13,054 nt of DNA from Chlamydiia bacterium (GTDB lineage Bacteria > Chlamydiota > Chlamydiia > Chlamydiales > JBMOFD01). This document shows, one piece after another, positions 1-8,857 of this stretch. The position numbers and the translations under genes are program-made. Numbering within the stretch: position 1 is the stretch's first letter; the number at the start of each line of letters is the position of its first letter. The notes beneath the pieces are model-generated. The model had not been told where the DNA came from. It worked only from the letters and a program-made list of their open reading frames with translations, and searched no databases. The DNA lies in contig JBMOFD010000057.1 in assembly GCA_049314435.1 (NCBI GenBank), positions 1 to 13,054 of the forward strand, in the 5' to 3' direction.

Positions 1-29
1 TTAGGTTTTTAGGAGCGGCACGGTTCGTT

Positions 30-356
30 ATGCCACGTGATCCGATAGCCTACCTCAACGACATGCTGAAAGCGGTTGTCGACTTGCAAGAGCTAGCCTC
101 AACTTCGAATATCGCAGAAAAGTGGCGTGTCCAGGCGATGCTGCACCTTCTTCAGATCCTCGGAGAATTTGCCAAAAGAGTGCCCCTGCCTATTCAGAAA
201 CGAACTCCGGCCATCCCCTGGAAAGGACTCATGGGTCTGCGGGACGTCATCGTCCATAAGTATTTTCGCCTGAATCTAAACATCGTGCGTCACCTGCTGA
301 AGGACCTCCCGTTAATGGAGAAGAGTCTGCGAGACCTCTTGCATGAGACACTCTGA
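30..356 (+). CDS. HepT/DUF86-family HEPN ribonuclease toxin (MNT-HEPN toxin-antitoxin type)
   Basis: 108 aa with the typical DUF86 layout: MPRD..YL.DML start, LQILGE.AKR, IPWK.L.GLRD, and the R-x4-H-x-Y catalytic motif RDVIVHKY. The antitoxin partner would lie upstream, outside the window. Confidence 0.88.
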   Translation: MPRDPIAYLNDMLKAVVDLQELASTSNIAEKWRVQAMLHLLQILGEFAKRVPLPIQKRTPAIPWKGLMGLRDVIVHKYFRLNLNIVRHLLKDLPLMEKSLRDLLHETL

Positions 357-519
357 CCTGACCAAATCTGACCAAAGCCGCGGACTAGAACCGTCTCTTC
401 AACCGAAACCCGAGGATCAGCTGACGCCTTTTGGGCACTTCTACGAGTTCAACCCGGCCTCGTATCATTCCGACCGAGCAGAAGAAATCCCTTGTCACGA
501 CTTTCCAATCGATAAAACA

Positions 520-548
520 TTGAATTTAAACCCGTTGCTTGATAGTCT
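520..548 (+). promoter_or_regulatory. Sigma70/sigma66-type promoter of the rpsA operon
   Basis: -35 TTGAAT (520-525), 17-nt spacer, -10 TAGTCT (543-548), with extended -10 TG at 540-541 and an AT-rich upstream tract. Predicted start ~555. Confidence 0.65.
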
Positions 549-554
549 TCCTCC

Positions 555-696
555 TTTAACTGTGAGACACCACATTCCTAGCGGGAATACTCCTAACAAG
601 GAGAGATTCCTCGCATTGCGGGTTTCTTGTGGGAGCTACGGCTCTCTATAGGATTCTCTCTGAAAGGTACGGTGCTCGTAAGGAGTATCAACCAAC
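555..696 (+). promoter_or_regulatory. Structured rpsA 5' leader (candidate cis-regulatory RNA) containing SD TAAGGAG at 679-685
   Basis: ATACTCCT 587-594 is the exact reverse complement of AGGAGTAT 681-688. A helix forms between 601-611 and 650-660. GGGAGC-TACG-GCTCTC (631-646) forms a hairpin with a cUACGg tetraloop. Confidence 0.5.
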
Positions 697-2445
697 ATGT
701 CAACCAAAACTAAACAAGACAAATCCGCTATCTTCCGCGCAATGAAAATTGAGCGTGTGCTGGATGACGTCACTTTCAATGAGCAGGACGCTCAGCTCTT
801 CCGTGGGCTGATGGGCTGCGCTACTGGAGAGAGTGACGTGAACACAACAACGGGCGCCATCCTGCGCGGCCGTATCGTTGAGATCACGAAGGACTACGTC
901 GTTGTCGACGTGGGTCTGAAGTCTGAAGGCCTCGTGGCGATCAGTGAATTCCACGATCCTCGTGAGCTGGAACTAGGCAGCGAGATCGAAGTCTTGCTCG
1001 AGCAAGCTGAAGGCGAGAATGGCCAGATCGTTCTCTCCAAAGAGAAAGCTCGCCGTCAACGTCAGTGGGAATACCTGCTCACCAACTGCAAAGAAGGCTC
1101 GGTCATCACAGGTCGCGTCATCCGTAAGGTCAAGGGTGGCCTCATGGTCGACATCGGTGTGGAAGCGTTCCTGCCAGGCTCGCAGATCGACAACAAGCGT
1201 ATCAAGAACCTCGACGAGTACCTCGACAAGAGCTACGAGTTCAAGATCCTCAAGATCAACTGCGATCGCAAGAACATCGTCGTTAGCCGTCGTGAGCTCC
1301 TCGAAGAAGAGCGTCAAACACGGAAGAACGAGCTCCTTGAGCACATCAAGGAAGGCGACTCCGTACATGGTGTGGTCAAGAACATCACCGACTTCGGTGT
1401 CTTCCTCGACCTCAATGGCGTTGATGGCCTGCTGCACATTACAGACATGACATGGAAGCGTATCAAGCATCCTAGCGAGATGGTCAACATCGGCGACGAG
1501 CTGCAAGTAATCGTTCTCAGCGTAGACCGAGAAAAAGGGCGTGTGGCTCTTGGACTCAAGCAGCGTGAAGAGAATCCATGGGAACAGATTGAAGAGCGTT
1601 ATCCAATTGGTGCGAAGGTACACGGCAAGATCGTGAACCTGCTGCCCTATGGTGCCTTCATTGAGCTGGAGCCAGGGATTGAAGGGCTGATCCACGTTTC
1701 CGAGATGAGCTGGACACGCAATGTGAATGATCCTAGCGAAGTGGTCACGAAGGGCCAGGAAGTTGAAGCGGTTGTTCTCTCCGTGTCTAAGGAAGAGGGC
1801 AAGATCTCCCTCGGCCTGAAGCAGATGGAGAAGAATCCATGGGAAGCTGTGGAGAACAACTACCCAGTAGGGACGAACGTCCAGGTAGAGATCCGCAACC
1901 TCACCAACTATGGCGCGTTCTGTGAGATCGAGCCTGGTCTAGAGGGTCTGATCCACATCAGCGATCTGAGCTGGATCCGTAAGGTGTCTCATCCTTCTGA
2001 AGTGCTCAATCGTGGCGACAAAGTGGATGCAGTTGTGCTGGCTGTCGACAAAGACAACAAGCGCATCAACCTCGGGATCAAGCAGCTGAGCAGCAATCCT
2101 TGGAGCACCATCGAGAAGACTCTCCCAGTAGGCACCGTGGTCAAAGGGACCGTGAGCCGCCTGGCAGCCTTTGGTGCCTATGTGACATTGGAAAATGGCC
2201 TAGAAGCCCTGGTCCATTTCTCCGAACTCTCCGACTCCCCCTTCAATAAGATTGAAGAGCTGGTGAAAGAGGGCCAAGAGGTCACAGCTAAGGTGATCAA
2301 GCTGGATCCTGAGCACAAAAAGATTGCTCTGTCGATTAAGGAATTCCTGATCGATCAGAACAAGGTCAACCGCGATGACATCGTCACAGCCAAGAGTGGG
2401 CGCAAGCCTGCCGCTGCGAAGCTGTCGGGAATCCAAGCCGGCTAA
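697..2445 (+). CDS. rpsA: 30S ribosomal protein S1 (bS1)
   Basis: 582 aa with six S1 repeats ([56 protein letters not shown], etc.) and an SD upstream. Confidence 0.98.
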   Translation: MSTKTKQDKSAIFRAMKIERVLDDVTFNEQDAQLFRGLMGCATGESDVNTTTGAILRGRIVEITKDYVVVDVGLKSEGLVAISEFHDPRELELGSEIEVLLEQAEGENGQIVLSKEKARRQRQWEYLLTNCKEGSVITGRVIRKVKGGLMVDIGVEAFLPGSQIDNKRIKNLDEYLDKSYEFKILKINCDRKNIVVSRRELLEEERQTRKNELLEHIKEGDSVHGVVKNITDFGVFLDLNGVDGLLHITDMTWKRIKHPSEMVNIGDELQVIVLSVDREKGRVALGLKQREENPWEQIEERYPIGAKVHGKIVNLLPYGAFIELEPGIEGLIHVSEMSWTRNVNDPSEVVTKGQEVEAVVLSVSKEEGKISLGLKQMEKNPWEAVENNYPVGTNVQVEIRNLTNYGAFCEIEPGLEGLIHISDLSWIRKVSHPSEVLNRGDKVDAVVLAVDKDNKRINLGIKQLSSNPWSTIEKTLPVGTVVKGTVSRLAAFGAYVTLENGLEALVHFSELSDSPFNKIEELVKEGQEVTAKVIKLDPEHKKIALSIKEFLIDQNKVNRDDIVTAKSGRKPAAAKLSGIQAG

Positions 2446-2490
2446 GAACGCCACTGGACGGAGTGCCCGTAATAGAGGTGCATAGGGCAG

Positions 2491-2530
2491 GGCCGATCTC
2501 CTACCAAGGGGATCGGCCTCATTGTTATAG
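2491..2530 (+). terminator. Strong hairpin between rpsA and nusA (weak terminator/attenuator or processing site)
   Basis: GGCCGATCTCCT-ACCA-AGGGGATCGGCC (2491-2518) is a 12-bp stem with one G-U, followed by an imperfect T-rich tail TCATTGTTAT. Confidence 0.55.
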
Positions 2531-2569
2531 GCAAGTGTGCACCGACCGTTAGAACTTAAGGTTATTTTG

Positions 2570-3868
2570 ATGAACAAAGACCTCGTCGCCATTTTCGAGT
2601 ATCTGGAGCGCGAGAAGGGAATCAAGCGTGAGCTTGTTGTGAGTGCGCTTGAAGAGGCTCTCCACGCCGCAGCCCGCAAGAGTGTCACAGGAATTGCTGA
2701 TGTCACTGTGTCGATTCACCCACGTACGGGTGTGATCGATGTGCTCACCGAAAAGACAGTTGTCGAAAAGGTGAGACGCCCAGCTCTTGAGATCGCTCTG
2801 AAAGATGCCATCGAACTGAATCCGGAGGCCCAACTAGGCCATCGGATGTTGGTGAGTGTTATGCCAGAGAACTTTGGGCGCATCGCCGCGCAGACCGCGC
2901 GACAAGTGATGGCTCAGAAGTTGCGGGAACTCGAACGGGATGTAATCCGTGCTGAGTATCGGCATCGCATGGGCGAGCTGATCAGCGGCACGGTCAAGCG
3001 TCTAGTCCGCGGGCAGAACGTCATGGTCGACCTAGGAAAGGTTGAAGCGATCCTCCCTATGCGCGAGTACCCCAAGACGGAAAGCTACAATATTGGCGAC
3101 AAGGTCGTTGCTCTTCTCTACGAAGTACGCGACACCGAGCTAGGCGGAGCCGAAGTGGTCCTGTCAAGGAGCACTCCCGATTTCGTACGAGCTCTCTTCC
3201 ATCAAGAAGTCCCTGAAGTCGCAGATGGCACGATTGTCATCGAGAAGATCGCTCGGGAAGCTGGGCTACGCTCGAAAGTCGTCGTCCGCAGCACCGATAT
3301 GAAGGTCGACCCAGTAGGAGCCTGCGTAGGGCTTCGCGGTGGTCGCATCAAGAATATCTTGCGAGAGCTTGGGCTGGAGAAGGTCGACATCGTTCCTCAT
3401 AGTGAAGATGTCCTCGAACTGGTGCAGAATGCGCTAGCCCCTGTTCAACTGCAACGCATCGCCATGAGTGAAGAGGAGCCAGCCATGCTGGTGATCGTCT
3501 CTGATGCCGACTATCCTGTGGCTATCGGCAAACGTGGGGTGAATGCTCGCCTTACAGGAGAGCTAGCCGGGCTCCATCTCGTGATCGAACGTATGAGCGA
3601 CTACGAGAAAGATCAAGCGGAAGTACGGGCCTCAGAAGCCGGTATGGACGATCCCACACTAGACGAAGAGGTCGTCATTCCTGGCGTCAACAGTCTATTG
3701 ATTGAAAGCTTGAAGGGCGCAGGGTATGATACATTCCGTAAAGTCTTGCAAGCCTCACCTGGACAACTTGCGCACGTTCCCGGCATTAGTTCGGAAACGG
3801 CCGATCGCATTCTTGAGGCCATCCGTAAAATGAGGGTCGAAAAAGTTGGCCAAGAACCTCAAGGTTAA
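2570..3868 (+). CDS. nusA: Transcription termination/antitermination factor NusA
   Basis: [13 protein letters not shown]1 domain, [31 protein letters not shown] motif, [11 protein letters not shown], and a C-terminal HhH-like region. Start placed at ATG 2570 (MNKDLVAIF, chlamydial-type N-terminus). Confidence 0.97.
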   Translation: MNKDLVAIFEYLEREKGIKRELVVSALEEALHAAARKSVTGIADVTVSIHPRTGVIDVLTEKTVVEKVRRPALEIALKDAIELNPEAQLGHRMLVSVMPENFGRIAAQTARQVMAQKLRELERDVIRAEYRHRMGELISGTVKRLVRGQNVMVDLGKVEAILPMREYPKTESYNIGDKVVALLYEVRDTELGGAEVVLSRSTPDFVRALFHQEVPEVADGTIVIEKIAREAGLRSKVVVRSTDMKVDPVGACVGLRGGRIKNILRELGLEKVDIVPHSEDVLELVQNALAPVQLQRIAMSEEEPAMLVIVSDADYPVAIGKRGVNARLTGELAGLHLVIERMSDYEKDQAEVRASEAGMDDPTLDEEVVIPGVNSLLIESLKGAGYDTFRKVLQASPGQLAHVPGISSETADRILEAIRKMRVEKVGQEPQG

Positions 3869-6800
3869 TGTCAAAAATGCTCAGCTTGCTGAGGCTCTGA
3901 ACTTGGTTAAACCCAAGTTGAAAGCACCGAGGAAGGCGGTCAAGGAACCGGAAGCTGTTACGGCTCCGGATCCTATTGAATCGCTGGAAGTCGAAGGCGT
4001 CGAGCAAACCTCTCGTCGGAGCCCCCTTGAGGGGACCATTATATCCTCAACTGCCCATGAAGAGGCAGTCGTCACGAAGCCGCAGGAGAGCCGCATTGAG
4101 GAGCGGAGTCCCTCGGATCAGGAGCCCGAACGCGTGTCCACGACTATTCCATCCGCCCCATCGATCGAAGCCACCCCTGTGGCTCCTCGACCTCCGGCCC
4201 GGAAGGCCCCCGAATCAAGGGGCTCTGACGGTCCTGCGAGAGGGGCACCGAACATCAATGGGCGCGGTGGAGACCCTCGTGGGGCAGCTGGTCCACGTGC
4301 TCCGGTAGAGCCCAAAAAGCTCTATCCTGGCTTTGGGACTCCGATGGCAGCACCGACTGGTCCTGTATTCAAGGCATCGGCGAGCACGTTCCAGTATGCA
4401 GCAGCTCGACGGCCTCCTGAAGCACCTCCTGAACCGCAAAGAGACTCTCGCGATTCTCTAGACGGAGCAGATGGATTGCCAGCAAGACGTTCAGAGCGGC
4501 CTTATGACCGCGATGCAGCGCCAAGAGGGCCGAGACCAGCAGGTGGTCCTTCTGGAGCAAGTCGTCCTATGGGGCCTCGTCCTCCTTATGATCGAGGAGC
4601 CGCACCTGGTGCTCGTCCTCCTTATGGGGATCGTCAAGGCACAGGGCGTCCTCCTTATACACCAGGAGCTCCTGGTGCTACAGCTCGTCCTGGTTATGAC
4701 CGTGGGCCTCGGCCTGCTGGTGACAACCGCCCGATGACGAGCCGTCAGTTTGGCCGTGCTGTGGCACCTGGCGCCCGTCCTTCTGGGGTCGGACGTCCTA
4801 TGGGGCCTCCTGGCAGTCGTGGGCCTGGTGGTCCTCCTCGCGGTCCAGGCACAGGTCCTCGTGGACCTGGCATGGGCGGAGCGGGGCGTGGAGCTCCGAT
4901 GATCCTGCCTCCTGGCAAAGAGACACCCAGCCGCTTTGGAGAGCGCAAAGACGCTCCTCGCCGTCCTGATGCCAACCGAGAGCGCGATGCTCGACGAGTC
5001 AAGGGACAAGGCGATGGGCGTTTTGATGCTCGGGATCGTCAGGGATTGAGAGACACAGACGATGAGGGCTGGCGCAAGCGCCGTGGAGTGAAGGGCCGCC
5101 AAGAGATGGCAGACCTTCGTCCAGAGACAGATGTGACCGTCAGGTTACCGATTTCTGTGAAAGACCTCGCGGCAGCTATGAAGCTCAAGGTAGGTCAGGT
5201 GATCAGTAAGCTCTTTATGCAAGGGCTGACCTTCACCGTGAACGATCTGCTGGATGATGAAACACTCATTCAACTGGTTGGCTCTGAGTTCCACTGCACG
5301 GTTCATGTGGACCGCTCGGAAGAAGATCGGGTGGCTGTGACCAAGCAGAGCATTCGCACAGAGATCCAGACCTGCACACCGGAGCAGCTCATCATGCGAG
5401 CTCCTGTGGTCACCTTCATGGGTCACGTGGACCATGGTAAGACAAGTCTGATCGATGCGATCCGCAGCAGTAACCGTGCGGCACAGGAAGCGGGCGCGAT
5501 CACTCAGCACATTGGGGCCTTCCAGGTCACCACTGGGTTTGGGGCGATCACGATCCTCGACACACCTGGTCACGAGGCGTTTGATGCGATGCGAGCGCGT
5601 GGTGCGGATGTAACGGATGTCGTCGTTCTGGTTGTGGCCGGAGATGAGGGCATGCGTCAACAAACGCTCGAGGCTCTGAACCAGGCTCGAGCTGCTAAGG
5701 TGCAGATTTTGGTGGCCATCAACAAGGCTGACCGTCCCGGCTACAATGTCGAGCAGGTCTACCGCCAGTTGGCTGACCAGGACCTTCTGCCTGAAGCATG
5801 GGGTGGACAGACGATCTGCGTGCAGACATCGGCCGTCACAAAGCAGGGTATCGATCAGCTCCTGGAGATGGTCGCGCTGCAGACTGAAGTGATGGAGCTA
5901 CATGCCTGCCCAGGCATGCGAGCACGTGGTACGGTTTTGGAAGCGGAGATGCACAAGGGATTGGGTGCTACGGCAACGGTTCTCGTGCAGAACGGGACAC
6001 TGCGGCTTGGGGACAGCTTGGTCTTCTCCAACTGCTGGGCTCGCGTCAAGACGATGAAGAACCACCTCGGTCAGAACATGAAAGAAGCGGGCCCTTCGGT
6101 GCCTGTCATGGTCACGGGGCTCTCCGATCTGCCTGAGGCAGGCTCGGAGTTCATTGTGGTCAAGAATGAGCGTGAAGCTCGTGAAATTTCCACGGCTCGA
6201 CTTGAAGGGTTGCGTCATGCAGCTCAACAGACGAAGCGCCCATCGATGGACTCCCTATTAGAGGCCACCGAGAAGAAGACACTGCGATTGATCATCAAGG
6301 CAGACGTGAAGGGATCTCTAGAGGCTCTTCTCAACGCTCTGGGTCGTATCAAGAGCGAGAAGGTGTCGATCGAGATTGTGAGTCAGGGAGTGGGAGAGAT
6401 CTCGGAGTCAGATGTCATCTTGGCAGCGACCTCCAAGGCCTTCATCTTCGGGTTCCACACAGTGATCGAAGCGCATGCTGCGGAGTTCGTGAGAGAACGC
6501 GGCGTGTCCGTCAAGTTGCATGATATCATCTACCACCTGGTTGATGATGTCCGAGATCAGATGCGCAATCTGCTCGACAAATTGCAGCGGGAAGCGGAAT
6601 TGGGGATTGCCGAAGTGCGTCAGACATTCAAGTCTTCTGCACTGGGTATCATCGCCGGCTGTCAAGTGGTCCAAGGATTGGTCCGCCGGAACAGCTTAGT
6701 GCGACAGATCCGCAATGGCGAAGTGATCTGGAAGGGGTCTATTTCTGGCCTGAAGAAAGTGAAAGAGGATGTTCGTGAAGTATTGAAAGGGTTCGATTGC

Positions 6801-6887
6801 GGGATCCTTCTCAGCGGCACGAGCGATATCCAGGAGGGAGATCTCCTGCAAGCCTATGAGATCGAGTTCATTTCGCAAGATCTGTAA
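3846..6887 (+). CDS. infB: Translation initiation factor IF-2
   Basis: G-domain motifs [34 protein letters not shown], and [13 protein letters not shown]. Long Pro/Gly/Arg-rich N-terminus. TTG start overlaps the nusA end by 23 nt. Confidence 0.98.
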   Translation: MAKNLKVNVKNAQLAEALNLVKPKLKAPRKAVKEPEAVTAPDPIESLEVEGVEQTSRRSPLEGTIISSTAHEEAVVTKPQESRIEERSPSDQEPERVSTTIPSAPSIEATPVAPRPPARKAPESRGSDGPARGAPNINGRGGDPRGAAGPRAPVEPKKLYPGFGTPMAAPTGPVFKASASTFQYAAARRPPEAPPEPQRDSRDSLDGADGLPARRSERPYDRDAAPRGPRPAGGPSGASRPMGPRPPYDRGAAPGARPPYGDRQGTGRPPYTPGAPGATARPGYDRGPRPAGDNRPMTSRQFGRAVAPGARPSGVGRPMGPPGSRGPGGPPRGPGTGPRGPGMGGAGRGAPMILPPGKETPSRFGERKDAPRRPDANRERDARRVKGQGDGRFDARDRQGLRDTDDEGWRKRRGVKGRQEMADLRPETDVTVRLPISVKDLAAAMKLKVGQVISKLFMQGLTFTVNDLLDDETLIQLVGSEFHCTVHVDRSEEDRVAVTKQSIRTEIQTCTPEQLIMRAPVVTFMGHVDHGKTSLIDAIRSSNRAAQEAGAITQHIGAFQVTTGFGAITILDTPGHEAFDAMRARGADVTDVVVLVVAGDEGMRQQTLEALNQARAAKVQILVAINKADRPGYNVEQVYRQLADQDLLPEAWGGQTICVQTSAVTKQGIDQLLEMVALQTEVMELHACPGMRARGTVLEAEMHKGLGATATVLVQNGTLRLGDSLVFSNCWARVKTMKNHLGQNMKEAGPSVPVMVTGLSDLPEAGSEFIVVKNEREAREISTARLEGLRHAAQQTKRPSMDSLLEATEKKTLRLIIKADVKGSLEALLNALGRIKSEKVSIEIVSQGVGEISESDVILAATSKAFIFGFHTVIEAHAAEFVRERGVSVKLHDIIYHLVDDVRDQMRNLLDKLQREAELGIAEVRQTFKSSALGIIAGCQVVQGLVRRNSLVRQIRNGEVIWKGSISGLKKVKEDVREVLKGFDCGILLSGTSDIQEGDLLQAYEIEFISQDL
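4494..4809 (+). repeat. Coding repeats in the IF2 low-complexity N-terminus (RP(P/G)Y(D/G)R-type and RPMGP units)
   Basis: Peptides RPYDR, RPPYDR, RPPYGDR, RPPYTP, RPGYDR. Exact 16-nt DNA repeat CGTCCTATGGGGCCTC at 4563-4578 and 4794-4809. Confidence 0.75.
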
Positions 6888-6900
6888 CCGATTGAATCCT

Positions 6901-6921
6901 GGGGAGCTCGCCGAGCTCCCC
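6901..6921 (+). other. GC-rich intercistronic hairpin between infB and rbfA
   Basis: GGGGAGCTC-GCC-GAGCTCCCC is a perfect 9-bp stem. Only CATTT follows, so there is no canonical U-tract. Confidence 0.6.
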
Positions 6922-6935
6922 CATTTGGAACATTC

Positions 6936-7301
6936 ATGTCATCAAGACGCATTTTACGACTCAATAATCTGCTGCAAGAGGTCATCAGCGAGACCATCCA
7001 TCGTGAGGTGAAGAATCCCCATGTGGGTTCCTTCCCATCGGTGGCGCGAGTAGAAATCTCTCCCGACCTCCATCATGCCAAGGTGTTCATTAGCATCCTC
7101 GGCAATGCAGCTGATCGAGAGAAGACCCTTGCTGCCCTACGCTCTGCGTCCGGGTTCATTGCTGTACACAGTGCGAAGAAAGTCAATCTACGCTACTTCC
7201 CTGAGCTCAGCTTCCATTTAGACACCACAGTCGACCAACTCATGCACATCGAAGAGATCCTACGGAAAGTACGTCCGGAGGGCGATCGCGGTGGTGAGTG
7301 A
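6936..7301 (+). CDS. rbfA: Ribosome-binding factor A
   Basis: RRILRLNNLLQEVISE, VEISPDLHHAKVFIS, ALRSASGFI, LRYFPELSFHLD. Canonical position after infB. Confidence 0.97.
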   Translation: MSSRRILRLNNLLQEVISETIHREVKNPHVGSFPSVARVEISPDLHHAKVFISILGNAADREKTLAALRSASGFIAVHSAKKVNLRYFPELSFHLDTTVDQLMHIEEILRKVRPEGDRGGE

Positions 7302-8007
7302 GGGCGGTCTTCTCCTGATCGACAAGCCGAAGGGCTGGACGTCTCATGACTGCGTAGCTGTCATGAGGAAACGCGTAGGTCTTCATAAGATCGGGCATGC
7401 CGGCACGTTGGATCCCTTTGCCACTGGGCTCCTCATCCTCCTGATTGGACGTAAGTACACCAGCCAAGCTGAGCAGCTGCAAGGGCATGATAAGTCCTAC
7501 TGGCTGCGTATCCGTCTTGGGCAATCGACCGACACACAAGATGGTGAAGGCCAGGTGCTGACATCGTCAGATGTCGTGCCCACTCAGCAGGCACTCGAAG
7601 AAGCTCTTTCTCGATTCCAAGGGGATCTGTTGCAGCTGCCTCCGATGTTTTCTGCCAAGAAGATCGACGGGCAGAAGCTCTACAATCTAGCACGTAAGGG
7701 GCGAGTTGTTGAGCGTGTAGCTCATCCGATCCGTCTCTCCTGTCAGCTTCTTCAGTTTGAGTATCCCTGGGTCGAGCTGCATGTGGACTGCACGAAGGGC
7801 TCGTACATGAGGACGGTAGCCCACGACCTCGGAGAGCTCTTGGGATGTGGCGCCCATGCCAGCGAGCTGCGTCGTCTACGTTCCGGGTCGTTCGCCGTAG
7901 AGCAGGCTATTTCGCTTGAACAGGCCCGTGATCCAAACTGGGATCTTACAGAACGGCTCCTTACCGAGGTTCCCTATGGCTCCAGTTCTGACGATCGGAA
8001 CCTTTGA
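7291..8007 (+). CDS. truB: tRNA pseudouridine(55) synthase TruB (short form, no C-terminal PUA domain)
   Basis: LLIDKPKGWTSHD, catalytic GHAGTLDPFATG, PPMFSAKKIDG.KLY..ARKG, CTKGSYMR. GTG start at 7291 or 7294 overlaps the rbfA stop. Confidence 0.97.
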   Translation: MVSEGGLLLIDKPKGWTSHDCVAVMRKRVGLHKIGHAGTLDPFATGLLILLIGRKYTSQAEQLQGHDKSYWLRIRLGQSTDTQDGEGQVLTSSDVVPTQQALEEALSRFQGDLLQLPPMFSAKKIDGQKLYNLARKGRVVERVAHPIRLSCQLLQFEYPWVELHVDCTKGSYMRTVAHDLGELLGCGAHASELRRLRSGSFAVEQAISLEQARDPNWDLTERLLTEVPYGSSSDDRNL

Positions 8008-8857
8008 TGCCGTGCATCGAGGGCACCAGCGGCTGATTGCTGATGCGGCTTGCTACGGTCCGGTCACAGTGGTTACCTTTGATCCCCATCCGCGAGCGGT
8101 CTTACAGGGTGTGCCGCATCTACCCCTTCTTTCCATTGAGCAGCGGCAAGCTCAGCTATTTGCCGCCGGGGCAGATCGCGTCCGCGTGATCCCCTTCACC
8201 CCCGAGCTAGCGCAACTGAGCTATGAAGCATTCCTGGACCTGCTACGACAGGAGGAGCCCTTTCAGTTTCTGGTGGGAGGTCCTCAGCACGCCATCGGTC
8301 ATCAACGTGGAGGCACGTGCTCAGCACTGCGCGCTCTAGGAGAGCAGTGGGGCTTTGAGTTTCTGGAGATGAGTCCCCAGGTTGATACAGGGGGGATCAT
8401 TTCAGCCTCCAGGATCCGCGGCCTGCTAGCGCAAGGTGAACTAGCGCAGGTGGAAGCGCTACTAGGACGTCCTCATCTCTTCTGGGGACCCGTGATCCAG
8501 GGAGCCGGGCGCGGGACACCGCTGGGATTTCCGACAGCCAATTTGGCGACGGGCAAGATCCTCCTGCCGCCCCATGGTGTCTATGCAGCCCAGGTCTACC
8601 GCAGAGTGGAGGGAGAGCCCCTGGGCCCTCTCTCCTCCCCTCTTCCTGCTGTTGTGAACCTCGGCCCAGCCCCTACAGTGCACCGCGAGGAGATCCTCCT
8701 AGAGGCCCACCTGCTAGACTGGCAGGGGGATCTCCGTGGCGAGACGATCGGCATCCGCCTTGTGCGCTACCTACGTCCTCAGCAGCGCTTCAGCGGGCTT
8801 GACGCCTTGAAGACCCAACTGGCTCAAGATGTTCGCCACGCCTCTCAGCTTCTCTGA
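7976..8857 (+). CDS. ribF: Bifunctional riboflavin kinase/FAD synthetase
   Basis: TIGTFDAVHRGHQ, VTFDPHP, ISASRIR, GRG..LGFPTAN, GVYA, LEAHLLDW, YLRPQQRF. Start placed at ATG 7976 (MAPVLTIG), overlapping the truB end. Confidence 0.95.
   Translation: MAPVLTIGTFDAVHRGHQRLIADAACYGPVTVVTFDPHPRAVLQGVPHLPLLSIEQRQAQLFAAGADRVRVIPFTPELAQLSYEAFLDLLRQEEPFQFLVGGPQHAIGHQRGGTCSALRALGEQWGFEFLEMSPQVDTGGIISASRIRGLLAQGELAQVEALLGRPHLFWGPVIQGAGRGTPLGFPTANLATGKILLPPHGVYAAQVYRRVEGEPLGPLSSPLPAVVNLGPAPTVHREEILLEAHLLDWQGDLRGETIGIRLVRYLRPQQRFSGLDALKTQLAQDVRHASQLL

Noticed and set aside
343..651. 102-aa + strand ORF between the HEPN gene and rpsA
   Set aside because: No recognisable domain or SD, and it runs through the predicted rpsA promoter and structured leader. 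Probably spurious.
2537..2569. Upstream GTG start for nusA given by the ORF track
   Set aside because: The conserved chlamydial-type N-terminus MNKDLVAIF begins at ATG 2570.
7916..7975. 20-aa N-terminal extension of ribF from the ORF track
   Set aside because: It would overlap truB by ~90 nt. ATG 7976 directly precedes the conserved first strand (VLTIGTFD).
700..8683. Many antisense and alternate-frame ORFs within rpsA, nusA, infB, truB and ribF (e.g. 973-1695, 4491-5102, 5145-5663)
   Set aside because: Shadow ORFs expected from GC-rich, biased codon usage of strongly conserved genes. No independent motifs.
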